64,000 bases of DNA from positions 1-64,000 of the forward strand of contig JBHLJY010000004.1 of assembly GCA_048887225.1 (NCBI GenBank). Direction: 5' to 3'. Numbering within the stretch: the stretch's first letter is position 1; the number at the start of each line of letters is the position of its first letter. A program made the position numbers and the translations under genes. The DNA is from Candidatus Hodarchaeota archaeon. Its GTDB lineage: Archaea > Asgardarchaeota > Lokiarchaeia > Sigyniarchaeales > SOKP01. This document shows positions 1 through 8,988 of this stretch, in pieces. A model generated the notes under the pieces. It was not told the origin of the DNA and searched no databases. It saw only the letters and a list, made by a program, of their open reading frames with translations.

Positions 1-222
1 AATGCTACTTTCGAAAATTTAGTGAAAAAAATAGAGCTTCTAGAAACTGAGCGTGTGAGCGTTAAAGATAGTTTGAACCTCTTGGAAACTCGCTACAAAA
101 GAGGCCGATTACCATCTAAATCAGCTTATCTTAAATTGTCAGATAACTTCTTGAGAAGACGGAAAAAAATTGATAGAAGTATTGATAAAACCATTCAACA
201 ATTAAGGAGCTACTTACTATAG
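1..222 (+). CDS. 3' end of a coiled-coil hypothetical protein (truncated by window edge)
   Basis: Frame open from position 1 to TAG at 220-222; helical, charged sequence. Confidence 0.7.
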   Translation, partial: NATFENLVKKIELLETERVSVKDSLNLLETRYKRGRLPSKSAYLKLSDNFLRRRKKIDRSIDKTIQQLRSYLL

Positions 223-265
223 GGATTTTATTAAAAAAACATTTTTTTTAGATTTGGAGATTGAT

Positions 266-889
266 ATGAAACCTTGGTTGTTTGATATTCTTGCATGTCC
301 TATGGATAAGCATTTTCCGTTGAAATTATACATATTTTCTTTTGAAACTAAACCGGACGAATTTCAATCATTTTTCAATATATACCAAGAAAGGGACCTC
401 GATTTGATTAAAAGCCAAAAAATTGTAGAAATCTCGAAAACAAGCGGAAAATTATACATTAAAGATAACATTATAATTGAAAATAATACAGTTAAGACAT
501 ACTTTAAGCTGATAATTTCAAGCATTGACGAATTAACTAATATTATAGTTAAATCAACTTATGATATTGCTCAAAAATGTTTTTTAATTATTTTAACTGA
601 AATTAAGGATAAAATCTTAGGTTTTTCCCAAGATATTCATTTAGAAAAAATTGAAGAGCTATTACCTGAATTATATTTCATAAATAAAATTAAAATTGAT
701 ACTGAAATTGAATCTGGATTATTGTTCTGCGAAAAATGCAATCGCTGGTTTCCAATAATCGAAACGATCCCCCAGATGCTACCTGATGAATATAGAGATA
801 AAGAAAAAGACATCCAATTCCTTAAAACCAATAAAAATTTATTAGATGACGAATTTTTGAAACAAGATCTAAAACCTTTTAACATTTAA
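266..889 (+). CDS. trm112: Trm112 family methyltransferase activator with long central insertion
   Basis: MKPWLFDILACP N-terminus and ESGLLFCEKCNRWFPIIETIPQML C-terminal Trm112 motif. Confidence 0.85.
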   Translation: MKPWLFDILACPMDKHFPLKLYIFSFETKPDEFQSFFNIYQERDLDLIKSQKIVEISKTSGKLYIKDNIIIENNTVKTYFKLIISSIDELTNIIVKSTYDIAQKCFLIILTEIKDKILGFSQDIHLEKIEELLPELYFINKIKIDTEIESGLLFCEKCNRWFPIIETIPQMLPDEYRDKEKDIQFLKTNKNLLDDEFLKQDLKPFNI

Positions 890-915
890 ACTTTTTAAAA
901 TGATAATGATTATTT

Positions 916-1049
916 AGCCCGGTGGTGTAGTGGCCAAGCATCAGTATATGGACCTAGCCCATCTACTGCGAATGGGGCCTTGAACCCCGTGTCCTCGGTG
1001 GTCTTGAACCCCGAGGCGGGAAACCACGGTTCGAATCCGTGCCGGGCTA
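916..1049 (+). tRNA. tRNA-Gln(UUG) with two BHB introns (about 943-972 at 26/27; 992-1022 at 45/46)
   Basis: Acceptor AGCCCGG/CCGGGCT (A1-U72 as in archaeal tRNA-Gln); T arm CACGG-TTCGAAT-CCGTG; anticodon arm TGGGG-CCTTGAA-CCCCG; intron 2 has a perfect CCCG/CGGG central helix. Confidence 0.9.
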
Positions 1050-1166
1050 TTTTAAATTAATAAATGTTCTAATATTTGAACCTCAAATAATAAAAAATAA
1101 AAATATTTTATTATAGTAAGTATTTTGATTTTTGATTTCATTAGCTGAATGACGATAATATAGAAA

Positions 1167-2549
1167 ATGACCTTTATTACAAGACTAAATTGGGGGATTG
1201 TTGAAATTGTCTATTTAATAATAATTTTTGCTGTTGGTTTTATCGTAACATTCCTATTTACACCTTATATTATAAAGTATATGAAAAAGAAAGGTAACGT
1301 TGGTTATGATATCCATAAAAATACTCGACCAGAAATTGCGGAATCTGGGGGACTAAGTATAGTCATAGGATTATCTATAGCATCTATCATTGCAATGATG
1401 TTGTTTCCTTTTTTCTTTAATATTATCTTAATTTTTATTATAACAATTGGACTTGCCGCTTTTATTGGGTTGATAGATGATATAAAAAAACTTAGATCAA
1501 GGTACAAAATTCTCTTAACAATATTCACGGGAAGTGCCATCTTTTTAGCGAATTATTATAAATTTATTACAATTTCATCTCCAATACTTCCATTTCTTGG
1601 ACAAACGAGATTAACTTTAATATATCCATTACTAGTGCCAATAATAGTTGCTGTATTTGCTAATACGGTAAACATGATGGAAGGATATAACGGTGAAGGT
1701 AGTGGAACTTGTTTAATTGCTGTATGTTCTCTATTTATATGTGCGTTAATTTGGAATTCCGCTGAAGCTCTTCTTATTACAATTATAGCTATCGCTGTCT
1801 TAATACCTTTTTTTTTATACAATAAATATCCAGCAAAAGTTTTTCCTGGAGATATAGGTACATTAAGTATGGGTGTAATTATTGCGTGTATCGCATTGTT
1901 TGGCTCACTTGAAGTTGCTGTGTTTTGTGCACTTCTAATGCATATATTTAATAGTTTTTATACTCTTAGTTCAGTAAGAGGTTTTCTTGAAAGCTCAAAA
2001 ATTCAAAAACTCAAAGACGATATTATTTTGTTAGAAGATGATAGAATAAAAGCGTCCGATCAAAAAGATGCTGTGCTAACTTTACCTAGATTAATACTTG
2101 GAAAAGGCCCTTTAACAGAAAAGAAATTAGTTTTAAATTTTTTCGTAATTTCGATTATTTGTGGTTTTTTTTCGATAATCGCAACTTTATTTATGGCTTG
2201 GACTTCACGGAATTTGGATATTATTGTTATAATTATTACTTTCATTATTCTTATGTTTCCTACTGCATTTTTCTTATATAAATTTAATAGGATAAGAGGA
2301 ATTGTTTTTTTAATGATAGGTTTATTGGTCAGCGGTTCAATTTTCTTAATTTTTATTGATTTATACGTAATGCCTCTTCCCTTTGCTGATATAAATTTAA
2401 TAATCATCTTAATTCCAATCAAGGAATTAATAGCATTTGTCTTATTTATTCCCGGACTACTAATATGGTATTTTATTACGATTAAATATTTCTGGGTGCA
2501 AATTAATAACAGGGAAAAAATTGAGTCTAAAGAATCGAATAGAAATTGA
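1167..2549 (+). CDS. UDP-GlcNAc:dolichol-phosphate GlcNAc-1-phosphotransferase (GPT/AglH/ALG7 type, MraY/WecA superfamily)
   Basis: GYDIHK, ESGG, GLIDD, NTVNMMEGYNG, YNKYPAKVFPGD motifs; multi-TM. Confidence 0.85.
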   Translation: MTFITRLNWGIVEIVYLIIIFAVGFIVTFLFTPYIIKYMKKKGNVGYDIHKNTRPEIAESGGLSIVIGLSIASIIAMMLFPFFFNIILIFIITIGLAAFIGLIDDIKKLRSRYKILLTIFTGSAIFLANYYKFITISSPILPFLGQTRLTLIYPLLVPIIVAVFANTVNMMEGYNGEGSGTCLIAVCSLFICALIWNSAEALLITIIAIAVLIPFFLYNKYPAKVFPGDIGTLSMGVIIACIALFGSLEVAVFCALLMHIFNSFYTLSSVRGFLESSKIQKLKDDIILLEDDRIKASDQKDAVLTLPRLILGKGPLTEKKLVLNFFVISIICGFFSIIATLFMAWTSRNLDIIVIIITFIILMFPTAFFLYKFNRIRGIVFLMIGLLVSGSIFLIFIDLYVMPLPFADINLIIILIPIKELIAFVLFIPGLLIWYFITIKYFWVQINNREKIESKESNRN

Positions 2550-2773
2550 TTTATTATTAACAATAATATATTCAGCACAAAAAAAATATATCAAATAAAT
2601 TGCTGGAACTATTAAGTTTTGAATATAATAGTGCGATGATTCAAAAAAAATCTGAAACAAGCATGTTTAGTCCGATTGGATATCGACTTCTCAAGAAATA
2701 GATACCTCAAAAAGTTCTAATAAGCCAATAAAAGTCAATAAAATTTAATTGATATCATTTTTTAACCAATTTA

Positions 2774-3709
2774 ATGTCAAGTAAAATTAAAAATATCCTA
2801 AATTTATTACGTGTTCGTCAATATTACAAAAATGGATTAATATTTGTTGGAGCTTTCTTTAGTGGTAAGCTAATTGATCCATCTCTTTGGTATTTACTCA
2901 TTATCGGATTTGTTTTATTATGTTGTGCTTCTTCTTTTAACTATGTTATAAATGATATAAGAGATATTGAGAAAGACAAAAAACATGTAGAAAAGCTAGA
3001 AAAAAGACCACTTGCATCAGGAGATCTTTCTGTTTTATTCGCAGTTGTTTTATTAGCTATACTATTAGCAATAATAAGTGGTCTAATAACTGTATTCATT
3101 TTTCCAAATTGGAATTTTATTATAATGGTACTCTTAATTATAATAACAGGACAACTTTATAATCACCTTTTTAAAAAAATTGCATTTATAGATGTTCTTA
3201 GCTTGTCGTTAATTTACTTATGGAGAGCCCTAGCAGGTTGCTTTTTAATTGAAGTGTTTATATCTCCTTGGTTATTTTTGGCTATTTTTGAAATTGCTTT
3301 ATTCTTGGTTATTGCTAAAAGAAAAGGTGATTTACTGTTAATTGGGGAGGAAAAAGCTGCTAATTATAAAAAAAGTTATGATAAGTATTCTCAAAAGTTA
3401 TTAGATCAATTTCATGTAATTATTGCAGGGGCATTGTTTATCACATACTCTTTATACCTAATTATTCATTTTAATCTATTTTCAGCTGAAAATGTAAACC
3501 TTCATGAATATATCACAATTTTAACAATTCCCTTATCTCTTTATATTATTATGAGATATATGTATTTGACCTCAGCTAGACCAGAAATAGCTAGAAGTAC
3601 TGAAAAAGCTCTTCTTGACCCAGGAATTGTTATAGCTGGAATACTTCTTTTAGGAATATTAACCTATTCATTCTATATCGGAGCTTTTATAAGATTATTA
3701 AATCTCTAA
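2774..3709 (+). CDS. UbiA prenyltransferase family protein (decaprenyl-phosphate phosphoribosyltransferase-like)
   Basis: RVRQYYKN, YVINDIRDIEKD..H..KRPLASG motifs. Confidence 0.85.
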   Translation: MSSKIKNILNLLRVRQYYKNGLIFVGAFFSGKLIDPSLWYLLIIGFVLLCCASSFNYVINDIRDIEKDKKHVEKLEKRPLASGDLSVLFAVVLLAILLAIISGLITVFIFPNWNFIIMVLLIIITGQLYNHLFKKIAFIDVLSLSLIYLWRALAGCFLIEVFISPWLFLAIFEIALFLVIAKRKGDLLLIGEEKAANYKKSYDKYSQKLLDQFHVIIAGALFITYSLYLIIHFNLFSAENVNLHEYITILTIPLSLYIIMRYMYLTSARPEIARSTEKALLDPGIVIAGILLLGILTYSFYIGAFIRLLNL

Positions 3710-3727
3710 ATTCATTAGCCTAAAAAA

Positions 3728-4414
3728 ATGACGTCGCTTAAACTTGACCTTCACTTACATACTATCTATTCTGGAGATTCCCTAATAAAACCACATGATG
3801 CTATAAAATATGCCAAACAAAAAGGTCTAGATGGATTTGCGATAACCGATCATCATTCTTTAAAAGCATATAGAATTTTAAAGAACTTAGCTAATGAACA
3901 AAATCTTACTATCATACCGGGCATTGAAGTTAATACTCACATAGGAGAAATTATTGCTCTCTTTATTGATGAGAAATTAAAATTTAAAGAAAATGAAAAT
4001 TTCTTAAATGTTGTTGAAAATATAAAGGAAAACAGCGGATTAATTATTATCCCTCATCCATTTGATTTTTTAAGAGATAGTACTCTTAAAATGAAATATA
4101 TAAATGATAGAATTATTAAAAAATTCATTGATGGCATTGAAATCATAAATTCAAGAATTATTTTTAAAAGAAGTGTGAAAAAAGCAAGGATTTTTAATAA
4201 AAAATATAACCTATTTGAATCAGGTGGTTCTGATGCTCATTCAAAGGAAGAAATAGGAAATGGCTATACATTAATTCGAGATGTTGATAATTCTTTTGAA
4301 AGTATTAGAAAAAATTTATTAGCAAATAAATCAAAGAGCATGGGTGTGCTCTCAAGTCCATTTGTACATGTTAAAACCGTTTTCAATAAACTAAAAAAGG
4401 GACTCTACTTTTAA
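3728..4414 (+). CDS. PHP-domain metal-dependent phosphoesterase
   Basis: DLHLHT, AITDHH, PHP, GGSDAH. Confidence 0.9.
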   Translation: MTSLKLDLHLHTIYSGDSLIKPHDAIKYAKQKGLDGFAITDHHSLKAYRILKNLANEQNLTIIPGIEVNTHIGEIIALFIDEKLKFKENENFLNVVENIKENSGLIIIPHPFDFLRDSTLKMKYINDRIIKKFIDGIEIINSRIIFKRSVKKARIFNKKYNLFESGGSDAHSKEEIGNGYTLIRDVDNSFESIRKNLLANKSKSMGVLSSPFVHVKTVFNKLKKGLYF

Positions 4415-4425
4415 TTTCATAAATC

Positions 4426-5625
4426 ATGACAGAAAAACCTCGAATATTTGTTATTAAAACTTCCCCTAAGACTGTCCTTCAAGATTATGGTAAGCTTATG
4501 GATCTAACTGGTTACCAAAAAAGATTTCCTAAGGACCTTAAAACCATTATTAAACTTAACCTCAGCTGGTCGAAATTCTTCCCTGCGTGTTCCAGCCCAC
4601 CTTGGCAGGTTGAAGGCGTGCTAAAGAAAATGATAGATGATGGTTATGCTCCAGAAAAACTCTTTACTGCTGAAAATCGCACGGTAGTGACGAATATTGC
4701 TAAAGGACTTCGAGGAAATCGCTGGGAACCGATTATAAAGAGATATGGTGTGTGGTTTATCCCTTTAACGAAGATCCCTTTTGTTCCATATGACGATGCG
4801 TTAAGGTCAAAGTTTGAGACATTACAAGATAAAGAATTGCATGTGCTCGATTCTAAAATATTTGCAAAGGGATTTAGTATTCCTCTATTTTACATTGGGA
4901 AGTCAATAATTCACTTACCAACAATCAAGACACACGGACATACAGGAGCTGTAGGGGGCTCTTTAAAAGATACAAGAGATGAATTAAAGAATGGTGGAAT
5001 TACATGTGCTGTAAAAAATGCTTTTGGTGGGCTTTTGACTAAAAGACGTCATTTTAGCCATCAATATATGTCCGAAGTATTAGTTGATCTACTAATTATT
5101 CAAAAACAGATTCATCCCGAAATAATGGCAATTGTAGATGGAACCGTTTGCGGCGATGGTGCGGGTCCGAGAACAATGATACCACGAATTAAGAATTATT
5201 TACTTGCGGGATATGACCAAGTTGCCGTTGATACTGTTGTCGCAAAAATGTTAGGATTTGACCCTATGAAGCTCCCTGCTATAAAGCTTGCTCATGATGA
5301 AGGTTTAGGTTGCGGAGATTTTGATCAAATTGAAATTATTGGAGAAGATGTATCTAATGTTAACTGGAAATTTAATGTTAAAAGGAGTTTGGTAATATGG
5401 GGTGATCAAATGGTACGAAAAGGAAAACTTTCCTTCTTGCATCCACTAATGCATAATAAGCTCTTTATGGCTTTACCTATTTTGGGGTCGTTAATTTATC
5501 ATGATATGTTTTGGTACCCCTCAGTCGGTAAAAAAAGAATAAAAAAGTTTATAAAGACCAGCTGGGGCGAGATGTTTAAAAATTATCCCGCTAAAACTTT
5601 AGGTATAATTAATAAACATAATTAA
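4426..5625 (+). CDS. DUF362 domain protein
   Basis: IIKLN, LPTIKTHGH, TCAVKNAFG, DQVAVD motifs. Confidence 0.8.
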   Translation: MTEKPRIFVIKTSPKTVLQDYGKLMDLTGYQKRFPKDLKTIIKLNLSWSKFFPACSSPPWQVEGVLKKMIDDGYAPEKLFTAENRTVVTNIAKGLRGNRWEPIIKRYGVWFIPLTKIPFVPYDDALRSKFETLQDKELHVLDSKIFAKGFSIPLFYIGKSIIHLPTIKTHGHTGAVGGSLKDTRDELKNGGITCAVKNAFGGLLTKRRHFSHQYMSEVLVDLLIIQKQIHPEIMAIVDGTVCGDGAGPRTMIPRIKNYLLAGYDQVAVDTVVAKMLGFDPMKLPAIKLAHDEGLGCGDFDQIEIIGEDVSNVNWKFNVKRSLVIWGDQMVRKGKLSFLHPLMHNKLFMALPILGSLIYHDMFWYPSVGKKRIKKFIKTSWGEMFKNYPAKTLGIINKHN

Positions 5626-6405
5626 TTAAACAACTTTTCTTATACTTTTTTTATAATTATAATTTAATCTTTCCTTATCAATTCTATAATGGATAAAAAA
5701 TTCAATTGAACCGCCTTTTCCTAGGAGTGGAGATTTAATTATTCCGTAGGGAAAAACTTTGTTTTGAATACTCCATTCCATTAATTCTATCATAATTTGG
5801 TGTAATTTTACGGAATCTGTTATTATCTTAAATTCATTAGATTTATAAAATTCAGTTTCAAAGAGAGGTTTGATTAAAGTTATGATATTACCCTCCCTTT
5901 TCATGTATTTCTTAATATTAAGAAGTATTGCCTTAATAGTTGTGAAAGTAACATCAACAGTGCAAATATCAACTTTTTCAGGTAATTTTTTCAAATTTCG
6001 GGCATCGATTCCTAGCATGGGAATTACTTTATTTTTCATTTTTTCACATCTCAATGAAGGATGTAGTAAATCTTTCGCAGTATCGATTGCATAGACTCTA
6101 GATGCGCCATGCTTTAAAAGGCAATCAGTAAAACCTCCAACTGAAGCTCCAATATCAGCACAAACTTTTTTTTCTATTGATATTGAAAAATCTTTTAATG
6201 CTGCCTCCAACTTAAGTCCTCCCTTTCCAACATAAGGAAATTCTTGAGTCAATTCTATTTCTGATTTATTATCTATTTTTTTTCCGGGTTTTTTTATTAC
6301 TACACCATTTACAAGAACATATGCATTCCGAATTAACCAATGTGCTTTCGTCCGACTCTCTGTAAGACGCCTCTCTACTAGTAAAATATCCAAACGTTCT
6401 TTCAT
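5626..6405 (-). CDS. tlyA: TlyA-family rRNA 2'-O-methyltransferase (S4 + FtsJ-like domains)
   Basis: ERLDILLVERRL, YVGKGGLKL, DIGASVGGFTDCLL, LIKPLFE. Confidence 0.9.
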   Translation of the reverse strand: MKERLDILLVERRLTESRTKAHWLIRNAYVLVNGVVIKKPGKKIDNKSEIELTQEFPYVGKGGLKLEAALKDFSISIEKKVCADIGASVGGFTDCLLKHGASRVYAIDTAKDLLHPSLRCEKMKNKVIPMLGIDARNLKKLPEKVDICTVDVTFTTIKAILLNIKKYMKREGNIITLIKPLFETEFYKSNEFKIITDSVKLHQIMIELMEWSIQNKVFPYGIIKSPLLGKGGSIEFFIHYRIDKERLNYNYKKSIRKVV

Positions 6406-6557
6406 TTTATTGTTTAATTTTTTTTTGAATTCATATCAACATTTAATTAAAGATTTACGAGTTTAAATCTATTATATGAAATTTATTATCAAATGGTAAG
6501 TTTATTCGAAAAAAATTCGTTTTTGAGAAATTATAGATATAGAATTATAAATAGATA

Positions 6558-7661
6558 TTAAGTAGACTTTAGCTTATTTTTTCTTTCCTCAATTTTTAAA
6601 GCTAATTTAAAACTTATAGCAGTTAGTAATATTTTCAAAGAAGCCTTTGGCCCCAATTTTTTATAAACGACTCTAAGCAATAGAGTTAATAAAAAGATTG
6701 TAGTAAATACAGCAATCCAGATAGTTATAACATTTAATTGACGATAAAATAGAAAAAAAAGGGGATTATGAGCCAAAAAGATTGTAAAAGAATAGTAAGA
6801 GTAATAATAGAAAAACCTATAACTTTTTTCAGTTTTAATAACTTCGAATTCTTCAATACCGATTAAAACTGAAAGTAAAGTAAATATTATTCCCAATGAA
6901 TAAACCATCGATGAAAATGTTGCGTGTTTTAAAAATGTAGGAAAAAGAAATATAATTCCGAAAGAAGTTAGAATTATCCCTATTATTAATAAAGAAAATA
7001 GATGAGTTTTAAAGACTCTTCTCCTTTCATTTTTGTTATCTATTCTATTAATATCATAGATAATATCCCCAGCTACGGTTCCTATAAGAAATATAGTGAA
7101 AAAAGACTGAATCGTGTATAATTCAACTGGATTATATAAAATATGGAATAATATTCCATAAAAATTAATCTGACCTTTATAAGATGATAGAAATGCTAAA
7201 ATAAATTCATTAGAAACCAGTAAAATAATTCCAATGATAATGCGAAAAATTTTTGAAGTTTTCAATAAGGGCCACGCTAATATAAGACAAAAACCAATTG
7301 TTTGGAGCACAAACCATGCCCAAATATAAGTAAGATCGTTAATCGCTATAGCTATTGCTGTATTATACATAAAAGCAATAAATAATAAAAGCAATGCTCT
7401 AAATATATACACATTTCTTACCATCTTCATATTAAATTCGTTTGAACCTTCCGCTTTTTCGAGTCTATTTTTGTAAGACAATTGCGCACTTAATCCTGAG
7501 ATAAAAAGGAATCCAGATGCACCTATAGGTGCAAAAATTGATTCCAAAAATAAATATAGCCAGTAATCCTCGGGTGTTAACCACCAATTGACTATATGAC
7601 CGTAAACCATAATAATCATGCACAGGCCACGAATTATATCAATACTTTTATATCTTCTCAT
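6558..7661 (-). CDS. DUF1624 / heparan-alpha-glucosaminide N-acetyltransferase-like membrane acyltransferase (paralogue 3)
   Basis: RYKSIDIIRG...GH...FLFISGLS; multi-TM. Confidence 0.8.
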   Translation of the reverse strand: MRRYKSIDIIRGLCMIIMVYGHIVNWWLTPEDYWLYLFLESIFAPIGASGFLFISGLSAQLSYKNRLEKAEGSNEFNMKMVRNVYIFRALLLLFIAFMYNTAIAIAINDLTYIWAWFVLQTIGFCLILAWPLLKTSKIFRIIIGIILLVSNEFILAFLSSYKGQINFYGILFHILYNPVELYTIQSFFTIFLIGTVAGDIIYDINRIDNKNERRRVFKTHLFSLLIIGIILTSFGIIFLFPTFLKHATFSSMVYSLGIIFTLLSVLIGIEEFEVIKTEKSYRFFYYYSYYSFTIFLAHNPLFFLFYRQLNVITIWIAVFTTIFLLTLLLRVVYKKLGPKASLKILLTAISFKLALKIEERKNKLKST

Positions 7662-7701
7662 TGTTTCGTCATTATATTTTAGTTATCATTTTTCTATCAA
7701 T

Positions 7702-8863
7702 TTATTGTTCCTCGCTTTTCCGAAATTCTTCTTGTAATGTTGCGATATCTATATGTTCAAATTTTAGCGCTAAAAATATTGCCATTTTTCCCATTTGGAC
7801 TTTTAATGAAAATTTAGATCTCCACCGCTTATGAATTGATCTTAAAGCTAATCCTATAAGGATAGCTGTAATAATAAAAGCTATCCAAAAATAGAAAAGA
7901 TTTAATTGGCGGTAAAAAATGAAGAAAATTAAATTATGTCCTAAATAAACTGTAAGAGAATAATATGAGAAGTAATAAGAAAATTTATAACTTTTTTTTG
8001 TATCGAAGTAACCATATACTTCAAAAGTTAATAAAATCGAAACTGCTATTATGATTGCAGATATCGAAAATGGGACCCATGCAAATGGATAATCCATAAA
8101 AAATAACTCCGCTATAAATATTGATGCCGATATAATTAAGACTAATCCAATTATCAAAGAAGGGATTACAATTTTATTTCTTAATGCTAATCTTCTTTCA
8201 GTAATATTCTCTATTTGAAATACCTCAAAAAGGAGGTCTCCGAAAACAGTACCTAATATATAAAAAGCATAAGAGCTTAAAACAGGATCTAGCAATAAAT
8301 TATTATATAAAAAATAAAACAATATGCCATAAATGTTTAATTGGCCTTCAAATGGCCATAAAATTGTGATAATAATTTGATTTATAATTATAATAATGAA
8401 TGCATAAATTATTCTAAAGAGTTTTGAAGTTCTAAAGAATGGATATGACATTAACATTGAAAAAGCAAGAGCAAATAAGATAAACCAAGCCCATAGCCAG
8501 GTAGGATCTAAAGCCACTATAGCAACAACTGCATTATAAATTACAGCAATAATAAGTAAAATTAAGGACCGAAAATAATATTCCTTTTTCATAATACTAG
8601 GACTGTAATTATCTAATTCCTTAGCTTTAGCGCTCGCATTCCTATACCATATAATTAAACTTATACCAGAGATCAAAATAAAAGCAGGAGCAAAAATACG
8701 ATCTATAAATAACCTTGATATGTCTCTGAACCATAAATCTTCTTCCCTAAGCCACCAGTCTCTAGCGCTAAGAGAAATGTCTCGTAGCGTCTCTAGCGTG
8801 TACCCATATCATGCCCAAAATGATAAGCCCGCGCGCTATATCTAATGTTCTAATCCTCTCCAT
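7702..8863 (-). CDS. DUF1624/HGSNAT-like acyltransferase (paralogue 2), interrupted by a 31-nt insert; exons 8863-8791 and 8759-7702, 376 aa after removal
   Basis: ATG at 8863 reads MERIRTLDIARGLIILGMIWVHAR; removing 8790-8760 continues D-WWLREEDLWFRDISRLFIDRIFAPAFILISG, collinear with both neighbouring paralogues. Confidence 0.8.
8760..8790 (-). other. Putative BHB-type mRNA intron (31 nt)
   Basis: CUAG/CUAG central helix, AGA and AGA bulges, 9-of-10-bp intron stem with CAUU loop; canonical cut sites give the exact frame-restoring length. Confidence 0.7.
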
Positions 8864-8988
8864 AATTAACAAAAGATTTTAATTTAATTGCTCTATTCTC
8901 ATAATATTTTTTTTTACTTTTTAGATGAGATTAATTATTAAAATTATTCTATCTAAACCTTTATAAGCGTTTTTAATTTACTTATTTT

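Noticed and set aside
974-1022. Reading the first tRNA as Ser(UGA) with a long variable arm
   Set aside because: That register breaks the anticodon stem; the A1-U72 acceptor and perfect BHB favour Gln with an intron
2630-2690. Possible C/D box sRNA or SECIS (GCGATGA...CTGA...CCGA)
   Set aside because: Boxes are degenerate, the guide region is poly-A and the stem is too short for a SECIS; no UGA-containing ORF adjacent
7702-8676. ORF-track TTG start for the middle DUF1624 gene
   Set aside because: It omits the conserved D..RG/H N-terminus, which is present upstream from ATG 8863
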